64,000 bases of DNA, taken from positions 448,001 through 512,000 of the forward strand of contig CBDCCK010000002.1 of the NCBI GenBank assembly GCA_965214835.1. The letters run 5' to 3'. Source of the stretch: Nitrosopumilaceae archaeon (GTDB lineage Archaea > Thermoproteota > Nitrososphaeria > Nitrososphaerales > Nitrosopumilaceae). Shown piece by piece: positions 29,629 to 41,200 of the stretch. Position 1 is the stretch's first letter, and every line of letters begins with the position of its first letter. Below the pieces are notes generated by a model. It was not told the DNA's origin. It did no database searches and saw nothing but the letters and a program-made list of their open reading frames with translations. Made by a program: the position numbers and the translations under genes.

Positions 29629-29766
29629 ATGTTAAAAGCAAAGCGGATTGACCCCGCCCCGCTTTCTGCAGAGGAGATCAGTGACGTTGACGAATACTAT
29701 TCGGAAGACGAGGAGGCCATCCACTTTAGCAGTGGCGACGACCTGATCGACTGGCTGCACAGCTAG
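29629..29766 (+). CDS. 45-aa acidic putative antitoxin (copy 1)
   Basis: MLKAKRIDPAPLSAEEISDVDEYYSEDEEAIHFSSGDDLIDWLHS, ending 3 nt before the toxin; ORF conserved in copy 2. Confidence 0.7.
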   Translation: MLKAKRIDPAPLSAEEISDVDEYYSEDEEAIHFSSGDDLIDWLHS

Positions 29767-29769
29767 GCC

Positions 29770-30039
29770 ATGACATCCATGTGGGAGTTTGACGCCAAGA
29801 CCAAGTTCAAAAAACAGTACAGGGGCCTTAACCCCCAAACCCAGAAAAAGGTTGACGGGGCAATCGGTGAGCTGAAGTGCTCGGAAAATCCTGCACGCCG
29901 GGGAAAACACAAGTCCGACATGAGAGTTTTTGCATTCCACATAGGACGAAGATATCGGATCATATACAACATCGACCGGAGCAATAACACGGTAGAACTT
30001 CGCGTTTGTGACCACAAGTCAGCCTATGGCAAGGATTGA
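29770..30039 (+). CDS. RelE/ParE-family toxin (copy 1)
   Basis: FKKQYRGL...KVDGAI.EL...NP...GRRYRIIY.I...V.DH..AY; lacks one Leu codon relative to copy 2. Confidence 0.85.
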   Translation: MTSMWEFDAKTKFKKQYRGLNPQTQKKVDGAIGELKCSENPARRGKHKSDMRVFAFHIGRRYRIIYNIDRSNNTVELRVCDHKSAYGKD

Positions 30040-30165
30040 CGGGTTCTGGCCGGCTGCGATGATCCCGCGACTCCCTTTTGGATGCCTGATCTGTCAGGAT
30101 CGCCTGAGTTAACCAAGACCCGACCGGCCTCATATGGTGCGCAGTATGGGGTCACGCCTACCATC

Positions 30166-30633
30166 TGGTGCGCAGGACGTTCAGGCCAAGATTCACGTAG
30201 AGGCCCTACGTACTGCGCGCGTACTTTGACACGCAGCTGCTGATCGCCGAGTCCAGGGGAAGGATCGCACATGACTTCCGCGTCTTCCTTATGGGGCACA
30301 GGGGAAGCATGGAGGCGCGATACACCACGAACAAGGGCGTGCTGCCTGACGTCCTGCTAGACGAGATGCGGGAAGCATTCGGACGATCCGAGGAGCACCT
30401 GGACCAGGCAGAGGCCGATCCAATCCTGGAACAAAAGCAGGAGGCGCTGCGGATGATAGAGGGGGCCACGCCGGATCAGCTCGGGCGCGTGCTAGAGGCA
30501 CTGCATATGCCGGCAATACGCGCTAGGGCAGGTCGTGGCAGATAGCGAAGATGCGGAGAGGCTCACTGCCGACGGCTGCACGTTTGTCGGCGTCCTGCCA
30601 AACGGCAGGGTGGTTCTTCAAAGGGATATGTGA
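30166..30633 (+). pseudogene. C-terminal fragment of tyrosine integrase (copy 1)
   Basis: Aligns to 34261 onward; FLMGH...RYTTNK; in-frame TAG replaces TGG. Confidence 0.85.
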
Positions 30634-30639
30634 GACCGC

Positions 30640-30980
30640 AAAGGCGCACCGAGTCACCGATTATGCCGTCTGCAAGCTCGATTGCGTGCATCCGCAGTGT
30701 CCCGGCGCCGCCGCGCATGATTCTTTTTGACTTGTTCTCTTCGGACTGCCACGGCGAGTCCTCAAAGGCAAGCCGGTTCTCTAGCTGTTCTTTTTCCTTG
30801 CACGCCTGCTTGTTTTGTTTAACTAGCTGGCCTGTTTTGCTCTTGTAGTGCTTGGACAAGCCTGTCATCTGAGCCCATACCGTAATAGAATCGCTACTGA
30901 TCTTTATGGTTGCAGGTATGCAAATCATAATCTATTGTGTTATCTTTTTAGAATAGATGGGTCGATTACGCATAAAGTCT
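30640..30980 (-). mobile_element. Truncated IS left end with MITE-F-type terminus and a transposase-like N-terminus
   Basis: 30961-30980 matches the F TIR; ORF has a coiled coil plus LENRLAFEDSP. Confidence 0.5.
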
Positions 30981-31007
30981 AGCATGCCCTTCCTATGCTC
31001 GGCACTG

Positions 31008-31272
31008 CAGATAGATGATCCGAAATTAGAAGCGTACGAATCTTGAGTGATTTCACAGATAATCTCTATTGTAACAGGTTAGCCCCTGCCTAAAGTTGGA
31101 GTTGCGTCCCTTGCCGGCCAGGCATGAAAATCACAACTGCAGGCAGACTCATGCCTGATTGCTGCCTAGGCAGGGGCTATCCTACTACTCTCTATTTTGT
31201 TGATATTTTGAGATGTCTTGTGCAAATTCGCTTACGCACAATCAAAATCTGCTAACTTTGATCAGCACTCTG
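31008..31272. mobile_element. MITE A (inverted) with nested IS66-type MITE K at 31071-31188
   Basis: Reverse complement of family A interrupted by GTAACAGG...CCTACTAC; 8-bp TSD TCTCTATT. Confidence 0.8.
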
Positions 31273-31301
31273 GGCGCAAGAATCTGAAAAAAGGCCAGAA
31301 C

Positions 31302-31385
31302 CTAGTCGTCATCAGCAAGATCATCCAAAAGCTTGGAGTATTTTTCCATAAGCTCTTCGTTGATTTTCCTATCTTCGGGGCTCAT
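31302..31385 (-). CDS. 27-aa acidic peptide, putative Doc antitoxin
   Basis: MSPEDRKINEELMEKYSKLLDDLADDD overlapping the 3' end of doc. Confidence 0.5.
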   Translation of the reverse strand: MSPEDRKINEELMEKYSKLLDDLADDD

Positions 31386-31814
31386 GCTTGTTCATTCTCT
31401 GGGAAATATAAAAAAACAGCTGCTCCATGACTTCCTGATTCAGGGTCAAAAACCTGTCCTTGATTCTCCTTAACATCCGCCTTAATTCCAGGTTCTCTTC
31501 TTCCGGATCAATGTCCAAACCATATCCGTTGTCGCGTAAAAACTTGCCTGCTGCGATAATTCCGGTTCTTCTATTGCCGTCCATGAATGGCTGCTTCAAA
31601 GCAATTGCCCCGATAATGTGGGTGGCTATCTCAAGCAAGTCTCGCTTCCTGCTTCCAGAGTTGCCAACTCTGTTTATCATCAAAAGCGCCTCGTCCATGT
31701 TTTTTGGAATGACTCCGACGTACACGTGCTTGCCGGTTCTTTTCCTCTCTCTTATAGTGGCGACTGAAAGTCTTTGATCACCAAAAAGTGTCTTCCTGCG
31801 TAGTTTACACCCAT
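31369..31814 (-). pseudogene. Fic/Doc-family protein; 5' frameshift, IS5 inserted just upstream of the start
   Basis: QPFMDGNRRTG Fic motif; ATG at 31814 is out of frame with the main ORF 31369-31725. Confidence 0.75.
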
Positions 31815-31822
31815 GTGTGCTC

Positions 31823-33140
31823 TAGTTTGTTGTATAACCCTGCCTAAAATTTGAAACTTTACTGAAAATCGCCGGAATGATCAACTAATTCTGACCGAAA
31901 AAGTAATGGATCATGAGGATGCCTCGTATGGTATACATTGACACACACGGACAATGCAAAGTACGTAGAGAGAGGGGCAGGCCTGGTCGTCAAGTACAAC
32001 CCGGACTGGGAGAAGGATCTCAAGGATGCCAACTGTCACAAGGAGAAGGGCGCCCCGTTCCTGTATGCAGAAGGCATGATAATGGCCGCAGCCGCCCTCA
32101 GGACCGCATTCATGCTAAAGTACAGGCAGCTGTCAGGTATGCTCGGGGAGATGCTAAAGGGTGCGGACTCGCCGTGTTACACCACGATATTCAGAAGGAT
32201 ATAGAAGCTTGACGTAGACATTGCAGAGAACATAATCACGGTGCGCGACAAGTCCCGCAACCTGGTCATGATAGCTGACGCCACGGGCCTCAAGCAACAC
32301 AACCGGGGCGAGTGGATACGCAAGAAATGGAAGGTAAGGCGAGGATTCGTCAAGATGCACCTGATGGTTGATGTAGACACCAAGCAGGTGCTTGCAGTAT
32401 CTGTCACAAGTGATGCAGTCGGCGACAGCACGGAACTGCCGGCACTGCTTGAGGATGCAGTCAAGAACATCAAGAAGGAAGAGGAGGAAGAGGAGCAGAG
32501 CCGCACCGACAGCGCGGATGCAGTCAAGAACATCAAGAAGGAAGAGGAGGAAGAGGAGGAAGAGGAGCAGAGCCGCACCGACAGCGCGGATGCAGTCAAG
32601 ATCCCCAACATGCTTGCAGACGGGACATCGCCGCTGGCTGTACTCGGCACCGGCGCGAATCCAGATATACCGGGAAAGATCCTGCTTGCAGATGGCGCAT
32701 ACGGCTCAAGGAAAAACGTAGCCGAGTGTCACAAACGCGGCATAAAACCGCTCATACGGCTTTTGACAAGTTGCAATGCAAAGGGCAAGGGCACCGGCGA
32801 CAAGTGGGGCCGGCTGGTGCGATGGCAGCTCGGGGGCGGCCCCGAGGTGCCGGTGGGTGATCTCTCAAAGGAGGAAAGACAGGAGAACCTGCGGTACTGG
32901 AAGAGCACGGTCGGCTTTGGCAGCAGATGGATCGTCGAGATCGTGATATCGGCCATAAAGCGTATGTTCGGCGAGTGCGTAATGGCCCTCAAGTGGTCCA
33001 ATATAGTGCAGGAAGTAAAGCTGAGGATATGACTGTATAACAAGTGGATAACAGAGGCGGTGGCTGCCGTGTAGGAACCGGGCGCCGGTCATGATCCGGG
33101 CGGACTGACTTGGCTCTAGTCGGAGTTATGCAACAAACTA
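31823..33140 (+). mobile_element. IS5-family element, inactive transposase (stops at 32202 and 33030)
   Basis: TIR TAGTTTGTTGTATAAC / GTTATGCAACAAACTA; 8-bp TSD GTGTGCTC; DATG, ADGAY and RWIVE motifs. Confidence 0.92.
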
Positions 33141-33398
33141 GTGTGCTCAAAAACTTTTAATCGTCACTATAGAAGAACCTGCTCATTAGTTTCGGTTAGG
33201 TACTTCTCATGAACTTTCATTACTATGTCATCTGAGACCAACGGTATTTTCCTTCGATTGTGTTATATGAAAATTATGTCGCACCATCATTACCGGTGTC
33301 CCCCTCAATCTATCTCGAGTCGCTTTTCCTGATCGCACCGGTGTCCTTGTCACAGAACGCCCGCACCGGCGTCTTGTAGCTGTCGATGTCCAGCGACT

Positions 33399-33528
33399 GG
33401 GGTTGTTGCCTAATTCACCAGAATTCATGAAACCCATTGATATGCCATATGAATCAGGCGTGCAAAAGGGCGGAAATTCAGAAAAACATACGGATTGAGT
33501 CAAACAAGTGGAATTAGGCAACAACCCC
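33399..33528. mobile_element. MITE family E inserted in the integrase 5' end
   Basis: TIR GGGGTTGTTGCCTAATTC; splits ...DVQR|WYDNLARGS. Confidence 0.85.
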
Positions 33529-34652
33529 GGTGGTACGACAACCTTGCGCGCGGGAGCGTGCTTACTGCAAACAACTCGCTGCGATGCATTGACAAGTTCT
33601 GTGAGACGCACAGCATGTCTCCGGTCGAGCTGGCAGATCTCGGAGTCAGGGATCTGAGGGCAGTCACGGATCTCATCGAGGATCACGTCACCATGATGGA
33701 GTCCGAGAACTACTCGTCCGGATACGTGACCCTGACCGTCCAGATCGTAAAGTCCTGGCTGAGGCACTCTGATGTGGTGATCAAGCGCAGGATAAAGGTG
33801 ACCCCCAACAGGAACCAGAAGACAATACAGAGCGAGCGCGTTCCAAACGCGCAGGAGATGTCCGAGATATACGGCCGCGCGGGACTGCGGGAGTCAGTCA
33901 TAATATCCCTGATGGTCAAGTCCGGGCTGAGGCCGGAGACCATAGGCAACCATGACGGCACGGACGGGCTGCGCATGAGCGATCTTCCGGACGTGGTGAT
34001 ACACCAGGGAACGGCAAAGTGCATAAGGACGCCGTGCATGGTGACTGTAAGGAGCACGCTGTCAAAGGCTCGCCACCAGTACTTTACGTTCATGACTGCG
34101 TCTGCAGCTAGTAACCTAACGGCATACCTCAACGACAGGCTCGCCCACAGGGAGCCGCTGCACGGGGGCTCGCCGGTGGTGGCGCCGGATCACATCCACA
34201 AGACGAACCGGGGCCGCAACAGGGACAAGGAATTCCTCATTACATCGCAGGTAAGTCACCTGGTGCGCAGGACGTTCAGGCCGAGGTTCACGTGGAGGCC
34301 CTACATGCTGCGCGTGTACTTTGACACGCAGCTGCTGATTGCCGAGTCCAGGGGAAGGATTGCGCATGACTTTCGCGTCTTCCTTATGGGGCACAGGGGA
34401 AGCATGGAGGTAAGGTACACCACGAACAAGGGCGTGCTGCCAGACGTCCTGCTAGACGAGATGCGGGAAGCATTCGGACGATCCGAGGAGCACCTGGACC
34501 AGGCAGAAGCAGATCCTACACTGGAACAAAAGCAGGAGGCGCTGCGGATGATAGGGGATACCACGCCGGATCAGCTCGGGCGCGTGCTAGAGGGACTGCA
34601 GAGAGTTGATTCGAAATTAGCAAACTCATTATTTGTGAACGAATTTGCATAA
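33495..34652 (+). CDS. Archaeal tyrosine recombinase/integrase; both termini altered by MITEs
   Basis: SGLRP, LSKARH, WRPYMLR, FLMGH and RYT catalytic motifs. Confidence 0.88.
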   Translation: MSQTSGIRQQPRWYDNLARGSVLTANNSLRCIDKFCETHSMSPVELADLGVRDLRAVTDLIEDHVTMMESENYSSGYVTLTVQIVKSWLRHSDVVIKRRIKVTPNRNQKTIQSERVPNAQEMSEIYGRAGLRESVIISLMVKSGLRPETIGNHDGTDGLRMSDLPDVVIHQGTAKCIRTPCMVTVRSTLSKARHQYFTFMTASAASNLTAYLNDRLAHREPLHGGSPVVAPDHIHKTNRGRNRDKEFLITSQVSHLVRRTFRPRFTWRPYMLRVYFDTQLLIAESRGRIAHDFRVFLMGHRGSMEVRYTTNKGVLPDVLLDEMREAFGRSEEHLDQAEADPTLEQKQEALRMIGDTTPDQLGRVLEGLQRVDSKLANSLFVNEFA

Positions 34653-34739
34653 AGCAGCTCAAAACACCAACAAAATACAGATTATCTGTGAAATTACTTG
34701 AAAAATTCGTACGGTCTCTAATTTCGGATCACCTCTCTG
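34599..34739. mobile_element. MITE family A truncating the integrase 3' end
   Basis: Homologous to 3023-3165. Confidence 0.88.
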
Positions 34740-34871
34740 CGGGCGAGGCGGTCACAGATGGGCAAACCGGGGAGGAGTATCATGTCAGATGGGGGGGTGA
34801 TCTGCTTTCTTGATCCCACATACGTATACACAACACGTAACACATAATTACCAAAAAACACAACGAAAAAC

Positions 34872-35009
34872 ATGTTAAAGGCAAACCGGATTGACCCCGC
34901 CCCGCTTTCTGCAGAGGAGATCAGCGACGTTGACGAATACTATTCGGGAGACGAGGATCCCATCCATTTTAGCAGTAGCGACGACCTGATCGACTGGCTG
35001 CACAGCTAG
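34872..35009 (+). CDS. 45-aa acidic putative antitoxin (copy 2)
   Basis: MLKANRIDPAPLSAEEISDVDEYYSGDEDPIHFSSSDDLIDWLHS. Confidence 0.7.
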   Translation: MLKANRIDPAPLSAEEISDVDEYYSGDEDPIHFSSSDDLIDWLHS

Positions 35010-35012
35010 GCC

Positions 35013-35285
35013 ATGGCAGCCATGTGGGAGTTTGACGCCAAGACCAAGTTCAAAAAACAGTACAGGGGCCTTAACCCCCAAACCCAGAAAAAGGTTGACG
35101 GGGCAATCGGTGAGCTGAAGCGCTCTGAAAATCCTGCACACCTGGGAAAATACAAGTCCAACATGAGGGTTTTTGCATTCCACATAGGACGAAGATATCG
35201 GATCATATACAACATCGACTGGAGCAATAACACGGTAGAACTTCTTCGCGTTTGTGACCACAAGTCAGCCTATGGCAAGGATTGA
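35013..35285 (+). CDS. RelE/ParE-family toxin (copy 2)
   Basis: Near-identical to 29770-30039. Confidence 0.85.
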   Translation: MAAMWEFDAKTKFKKQYRGLNPQTQKKVDGAIGELKRSENPAHLGKYKSNMRVFAFHIGRRYRIIYNIDWSNNTVELLRVCDHKSAYGKD

Positions 35286-35412
35286 CGGGTTCTGGCCGGC
35301 TGCGATGATCCCGCGACTCCCTTTTGGATGCTGATCTGTCAGAATCACCTAAGTTAACCCAAGGCCCGACCTGTCTCATATGGTGCGCAGTATGGGGTCA
35401 CGTCTACCACAT

Positions 35413-36828
35413 CAGTACTTCCTAGATGTACTTTTGCAGACCCGACACGGCACCTCCGCTACTTTCCGCGATCGTTTACAAACGAGTCGGCCGCATCGAC
35501 AATGCACGCGACAAACAGCATCATGGTAAACCCCTTCCCTCCTGCAAATCCGTCCCACTTGGATTCCACGTCTATGAACACGGCAGTCCTCCACAGGTTG
35601 TACAGTATGACAGACATATAGAACAGCAGCAGCCTGACGACCGGGGAATTGCTGCACGTCTTGCCCATTATCCCCTTGATCACCCTGAACCCGGTCTCGA
35701 TTCCCCACCGACTGCGGTACTCCTCCGGTATCTGCTCAATGACTGCCTCTGCACTTTTAGCAGACATGTTGGTGGCAAAGACCAGATACCTGTCGGCTAT
35801 GGTCTCTTCTGCCTTGTCCTTCTTTGCTGCTGCCGTGCCGTCCTTTTCTACCTCGTCCTTTTCCACAATGACTAGCCTGAATGTGGCGCTCTTGCCGTCC
35901 TTGTTGGTCATTGTATATTTTGATACCGCACCGCGTTCTCCGCGGTCATGCTCCTCTATTGCCGCCACTATCCTCCTGTTCTTGACGGCAGGCATGATGT
36001 AGCTGCCCGTGCTTGTTTCTGCAGCCCTCATGCAGTCCACGTTAAAGAACCCGCGGTCATACAGGAACGTCTTGATCCTCATCCCTGATCTGGACGCCTT
36101 GCGGATCATTTTAGGCACGAAATCGGCCAGTTTTGCCTCTTTTGGAAGCTGCAGCGAGGAAAGCACGAGGTCAGACCCGTCATCTGATCCTATTCCGTGC
36201 ATGGTAATGTGCGAGAGAAACGTCGACGTGCCGTTCTTGGGCTTTGACTTTCTGGCGATATCCTCCAGGCCCTTGCCATAGTATTCCACGTCGGTAACGT
36301 CCACTGCCACGACGTCCGTGTTGTGCAGCATGCCTGACCTGCGGGCGCACCTTACCGTATGCTGCAGCATGGAGCTGCACCACTTTTGCGCATCATCCAG
36401 GCTGACGCCCCGGATCGCCTTTAGGATCCAGTCCGGACTAGGCGTACGGCAACTATACGCGCCGCCCTTGGAGGCAGCCCCGTCGTCATGCTGCTGCCTG
36501 CTGCATTTTGAGGCCCGCCTGCGAAGGTGCGTCACGGCAGATTCTGCAAACATCCTCCTCTCAGACATGAAATATAGAACGCGCAGTGCGTCGATGTGGT
36601 CATACACTGCGTTGCGACTCTTTGAGACGGCCAGCCCGAGCTTGGGAAACCGCCGTCGCAATGTTTTAAACTGTCTCGATGTTATGTCAAACTGGTGTGC
36701 AAACACGTCGTTTTGTGTTACTGACATGATGATGGTTGGCACACCGCCTGATCTATAGTATGATGGTCAAAAAATCTCGGCAAATTGCGTAATTATCGTG
36801 CCTGCAAAAGTACATCGAGGAACTACTG
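35413..36828 (-). mobile_element. ISH3-like (IS4 superfamily) element, intact 427-aa transposase ORF (35459-36742)
   Basis: CAGTACTTCCT / AGGAACTACTG ends; ACAT TSD; VAVD, DRGF and YRSRWGIETGFR motifs. Confidence 0.92.
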
Positions 36829-36831
36829 ACA

Positions 36832-37302
36832 TGGTGCGCAGGACGTTCAGGCCGAGGTTCACGTGGAGGCCCTACATGCTGCGCGTGTACTTTGACACGC
36901 AGCTGCTGATTGCCGAGTCCAGGGGAAGGATTGCGCATGACTTTCGCGTCTTCCTTATGGGGCACAGGGGAAGCATGGAGGTAAGGTACACCACGAACAA
37001 GGGCGTGCTGCCAGACGTCCTGCTAGACGAGATGCGGGAAGCATTCGGACGATCCGAGGAGCACCTGGACCAGGCAGAAGCAGATCCTACACTGGAACAA
37101 AAGCAGGAGGCGCTGCGGATGATAGAGGGGGCCACGCCGGATCAGCTCGGGCGCGTGCTAGAGGGACTGCATATGCCGGCAATACGCGCCAGGGCAGGTC
37201 GTGGCAGATAGCGCGGGTGCAGAAAAACTCATTGCCGACGGCTGCACGTTTGTCGGCGTCCTGCCAAACGGCAGGGTGGTTCTTCAAAGAAGGGATATGT
37301 GA
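36832..37302 (+). pseudogene. C-terminal fragment of tyrosine integrase (copy 2)
   Basis: Near-identical to 34261-34599, then continues with the GCTFVGVLPNGRVV tail in a shifted frame. Confidence 0.85.
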
Positions 37303-37402
37303 GGCCGCAGCGGCGCGACATACCCACGTATATTGAAGAATTTTTGCTCGTCACTATAAATAGGACCTGATGTTGTACAAGTACAACATAGGAAGAAACT
37401 AA

Positions 37403-38227
37403 ATGCAAAAAGTAGTTTTGATAACAGGCTGTTCAAGTGGAATAGGACTAGAAACTGCACTAGAATTAGCAGATCAAGATTACAAAGTTTATGCAACCAT
37501 GAGAGATGTATCAAAAAGTAAATTTGATGATGGAAACATCGAAACACTCTACCTGGATGTAGATTCAGAGCAATCAATTGAAAAAGCAGTTAAAACAATC
37601 CTGAGTAAAGAAAATCAGATTGATGTTTTGGTAAATAATGCAGGTTATGGGTTCATAGGATCTATAGAGGATACATCAATTGATGAGATTAAAATGCAGA
37701 TGGAAACAGACTTCATCGGTCCCATCAGAATGATAAAGAAAATCATCCCAACAATGAAAAAGCAGAAATCTGGAAAAATCATCAACATAAGCTCTGTTGC
37801 AGGACAGATGGGATTTGCATTAAGCTCAGCATATGTTTCATCCAAATTTGCACTAGAAGGGCTAACAGATTCACTACGACAGGAACTAGGATTGTTTGGA
37901 ATTTCGATATCATTAGTTGAGCCAGGAGTAGTTAAAACAAATTTTCATAGCAATATGAAGATGGCAAAGAGATCAAAAACTTCAGAGTATAAAGAGATGA
38001 CAGAAATTATGAGAAAACAAGCTGGATTACTTTTTGAGAAAGGAACAGAACCAACAGTGGTTGCAAAGAAAATATCTGAAATCATCAAATTAGAAAATCC
38101 GGAACCCCGATACGTAGTTGGGGAAGACGCCAAGCTTCTAATGGAAAATAAAAAACGAATGTCTGGAATAGAATTTGAAAAATCAGTTCAGGAAATTTTT
38201 AAGGAATTAATGGAATTCTCTACGTAG
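37403..38227 (+). CDS. Short-chain dehydrogenase/reductase
   Basis: TGCSSGIG, NNAG and YVSSK (YxxxK) motifs. Confidence 0.95.
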   Translation: MQKVVLITGCSSGIGLETALELADQDYKVYATMRDVSKSKFDDGNIETLYLDVDSEQSIEKAVKTILSKENQIDVLVNNAGYGFIGSIEDTSIDEIKMQMETDFIGPIRMIKKIIPTMKKQKSGKIINISSVAGQMGFALSSAYVSSKFALEGLTDSLRQELGLFGISISLVEPGVVKTNFHSNMKMAKRSKTSEYKEMTEIMRKQAGLLFEKGTEPTVVAKKISEIIKLENPEPRYVVGEDAKLLMENKKRMSGIEFEKSVQEIFKELMEFST

Positions 38228-41200
38228 ATTGGTAGTATCCACAATCATTATTGGTGCAAGCTACACCGCCATCAAATTTTTCTAATTTTGAGTTACATTT
38301 TGGACAACTATCAACAGTTGAATTAGTTACCAATTTACCAAGGAAAGATCTTTTTTCCAGATTCTTACTTGGGGTTACTTGTTGTTGCATACGTACTTTG
38401 TACATGTCAATAAGATCTTTATCGGAAGAAACAATCTCTAAGAATCCCTCTTTAGAATAATACCATTCAGTGTACGGGATTACGTTTTCATCATAGAAGA
38501 TCTGAATGGCCTTTTCTTTTCCAAATTTCTCAATATTTGATTCAAATTTTACTGCCAAGTTGCCTTTAACTTTATCAGCGGTTTCATAATCCTCATCATC
38601 AAAAGGCTTTCTTACTTCACCGACATCAAGCAGAAACTCATGAAAATTGGATTCATCATATTTTTCGTCAAGTTTGTGCCCAATTTCGGAATACATCTTC
38701 AGCTGTCTGAAATTAGGAACTACCTGCAACAATTCCTTGAGATGGTAGAAATCCATTCTTATTTTGTAGGCAAAATATCTATCTTCAGGATCAAGATCAT
38801 AGATTTTGATGAATTTTCCAAAAGTTCCAAAGTTCTCCAGATAGTATTCCATCCCCAAATAAGACAACTGTCGCATTTCCTCAAAATGGGGAACATGTCC
38901 AAGATCATTTTTGATGCGTTCATAGTCTTGGAACAAATCATCGATTGTAACAGACGGAGAAATGTTTTTTATTTTACTAATTGTGTCTTTTACAATCGAG
39001 TCAAATTTTTCAAATGAGCCAAAGCATTCAATATATTCATCTACTCTGTAATCACCATATTCGTCAAGCATATCAGAGGTTACAGGAATTTTTACAAGGC
39101 TATACAATTCAAAATATTCTTCGTACAAAGTATCTTGTAGTTTGGGATCATTTAAAACAGACTCTCCTTTTGATTTTAGATAGTTATCATATCCGCCATA
39201 AAGACGATGCATGAGTGTTTTTAGCCCTGAGCTTGTGGATTGATCAAATTGAGAATATGTCGGAACGTGTCCGAATGCCAAATCTTTTAATTTGTAAAAA
39301 TGTTCATCGAGTTTTTTTGAAGATTGAATTTCGAGCTCTTTCTGTTTTTGTTCTTTCAGCTTTTGTCTTTCTTCATAGTCATGTAATTTTTCATTACAAA
39401 TCTTTTCAAATCTTTTGGGGTTTAGGATTGTTTCAAAAGTAATATCGCCATCAATTGCATCAATATGTTTAATCAAATTATTTCTATAGTAGACACCAAA
39501 AACACTATGATTTTTATTTATTAAAGATCTGGTCTTGTCAGGATTATACTTCAAAAGGGTGTTACAAGCATCTTCCATGTTTGCTTTTGGTAAAGAACCG
39601 TTTTGGGTTCCCAATGCATACAGTCCTAAGATCATTTGATAGTTGTCCTGAATATTGTTTTGATTTTCCAGATAGCCTACAAAAGGACATTTTTTTGTAG
39701 CTCCGCTTCTTAGTTGTTCATCGCGACATTTTCTACAATGGCTTTGGGGTTTTTGTTTTCCATTGGTAGTTAGATATCCAAAAATTTCCTCAATTTCGTT
39801 AATGCCAGCTTTAGTGTGACATCTTGGACATTCTTTTTCAAAAGATTCAGAATCTGCAGAAATGGGCTTATTTTCAGGCAATTCCGGTGTTGCTTTATCA
39901 TTTTCAGGCTCAATTTCTGAAGAAAATGCAGGCTCCATCTCTAATTTAAGGCAGGATTTACATTTAGAGGGAACATTTGGCCAATCTTTTGATTCAATAG
40001 CATCAATGAACTCATCCACGCCATCAATCTCAAAGAGTTTCTTTATCTCATCCATTCCTTTAGCAACAATTCCACATGAATCGCAGTAATGCTGGTAAAG
40101 ATTTTGTTCGGAAGGAATGTCTTGTTTTAATGATGGCTGTTCAGAGGTCCAAGGTTTCCAGTATTCGCTAAACACTTTCCAGCCTAGTTCAGTCAGACCC
40201 TTATCAAAATTTGAATAACCATAGCTTTCATGTAATTGGAAATTGTCATCAATGTCAACCAGTAACACGTCATCAGTACCTCCACTTTTTGTTCCACGAA
40301 GCCCTCTTCCAATAATTTGTGTATACATCAAAGTACTCCTAACAGGTCGCCCTACAAAGACGCAGTTAATGTTCGGAGCATCAAATCCGGTTGTTAGTAC
40401 ATCATAATTGCATAATACCTCCACATTGCCATTTCTGAATTGTTCAATTGCATCAATTCTCTGATCAATCCCCATTTTGGAATCAACATACCGTGCTTCA
40501 ATATTGTAAAGAATCTTTAATGCATTTGCAATATCCCTTGAGTGTTCAACACTGCACCCAAAAAACAAAATTTTATCTCGCTTATGTTTTGTTTTGATGT
40601 CGTGAATAGTGTCTAAAATCCGTTTATTGCGTATGTCGTCATTTCCAATTTGTCGGATTGTCTCTGGTTTGAATTCCTTAAATTTTTTCAAGTAATTCAG
40701 ATCATCAGTAGACAAATTAATTGAACCCGATTTTAATATCCAGTGATATACCTCACAGAGGACCTTACGCTTGATTAGTTTTTTGTAAAGGGACTTTTGC
40801 TTATCAGTATCATCGATTTCTGTTTCTTTGGTTTTTGGTAAAATCTTTATGTATACAGATGATTCAGACTTTTCACCTTCATTGTCAGTAACTTCTAATG
40901 TGATTTTGTATTCTCCTTCTTCAGGAAAGGGAAAATTGATGTTTCGTTCTTTTTCAAAAGTCCACTCGGTTTTTTCATCAGATACGTTTTTAGAATATAG
41001 GTCAAGGAATTTTTTTATCTTGGAAATTTTCCATCTGAAATCTTCATCTTTGATAAATCCGTCTCGATCATAAGATCGTTCCCCAATGATTCTAACATCA
41101 CTGTCAACTGTAGAATAGGTTTGGCAGTCAATTAGTGCATGAGGCTTGAAGTTTTCTTCGCCTTCATAGTAAGGAATTGTGGGGAAGTACAGTCTACCAT

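Noticed and set aside
32202-32204. In-frame TAG in the IS5 transposase as programmed readthrough
   Set aside because: The paralog has CAG here and a second TGG-to-TGA nonsense change exists at 33030, consistent with ordinary decay.
29405-37310. Diverged repeat pairs as the template/variable repeats of a diversity-generating retroelement
   Set aside because: There is no reverse transcriptase, and the differences are not adenine-specific.
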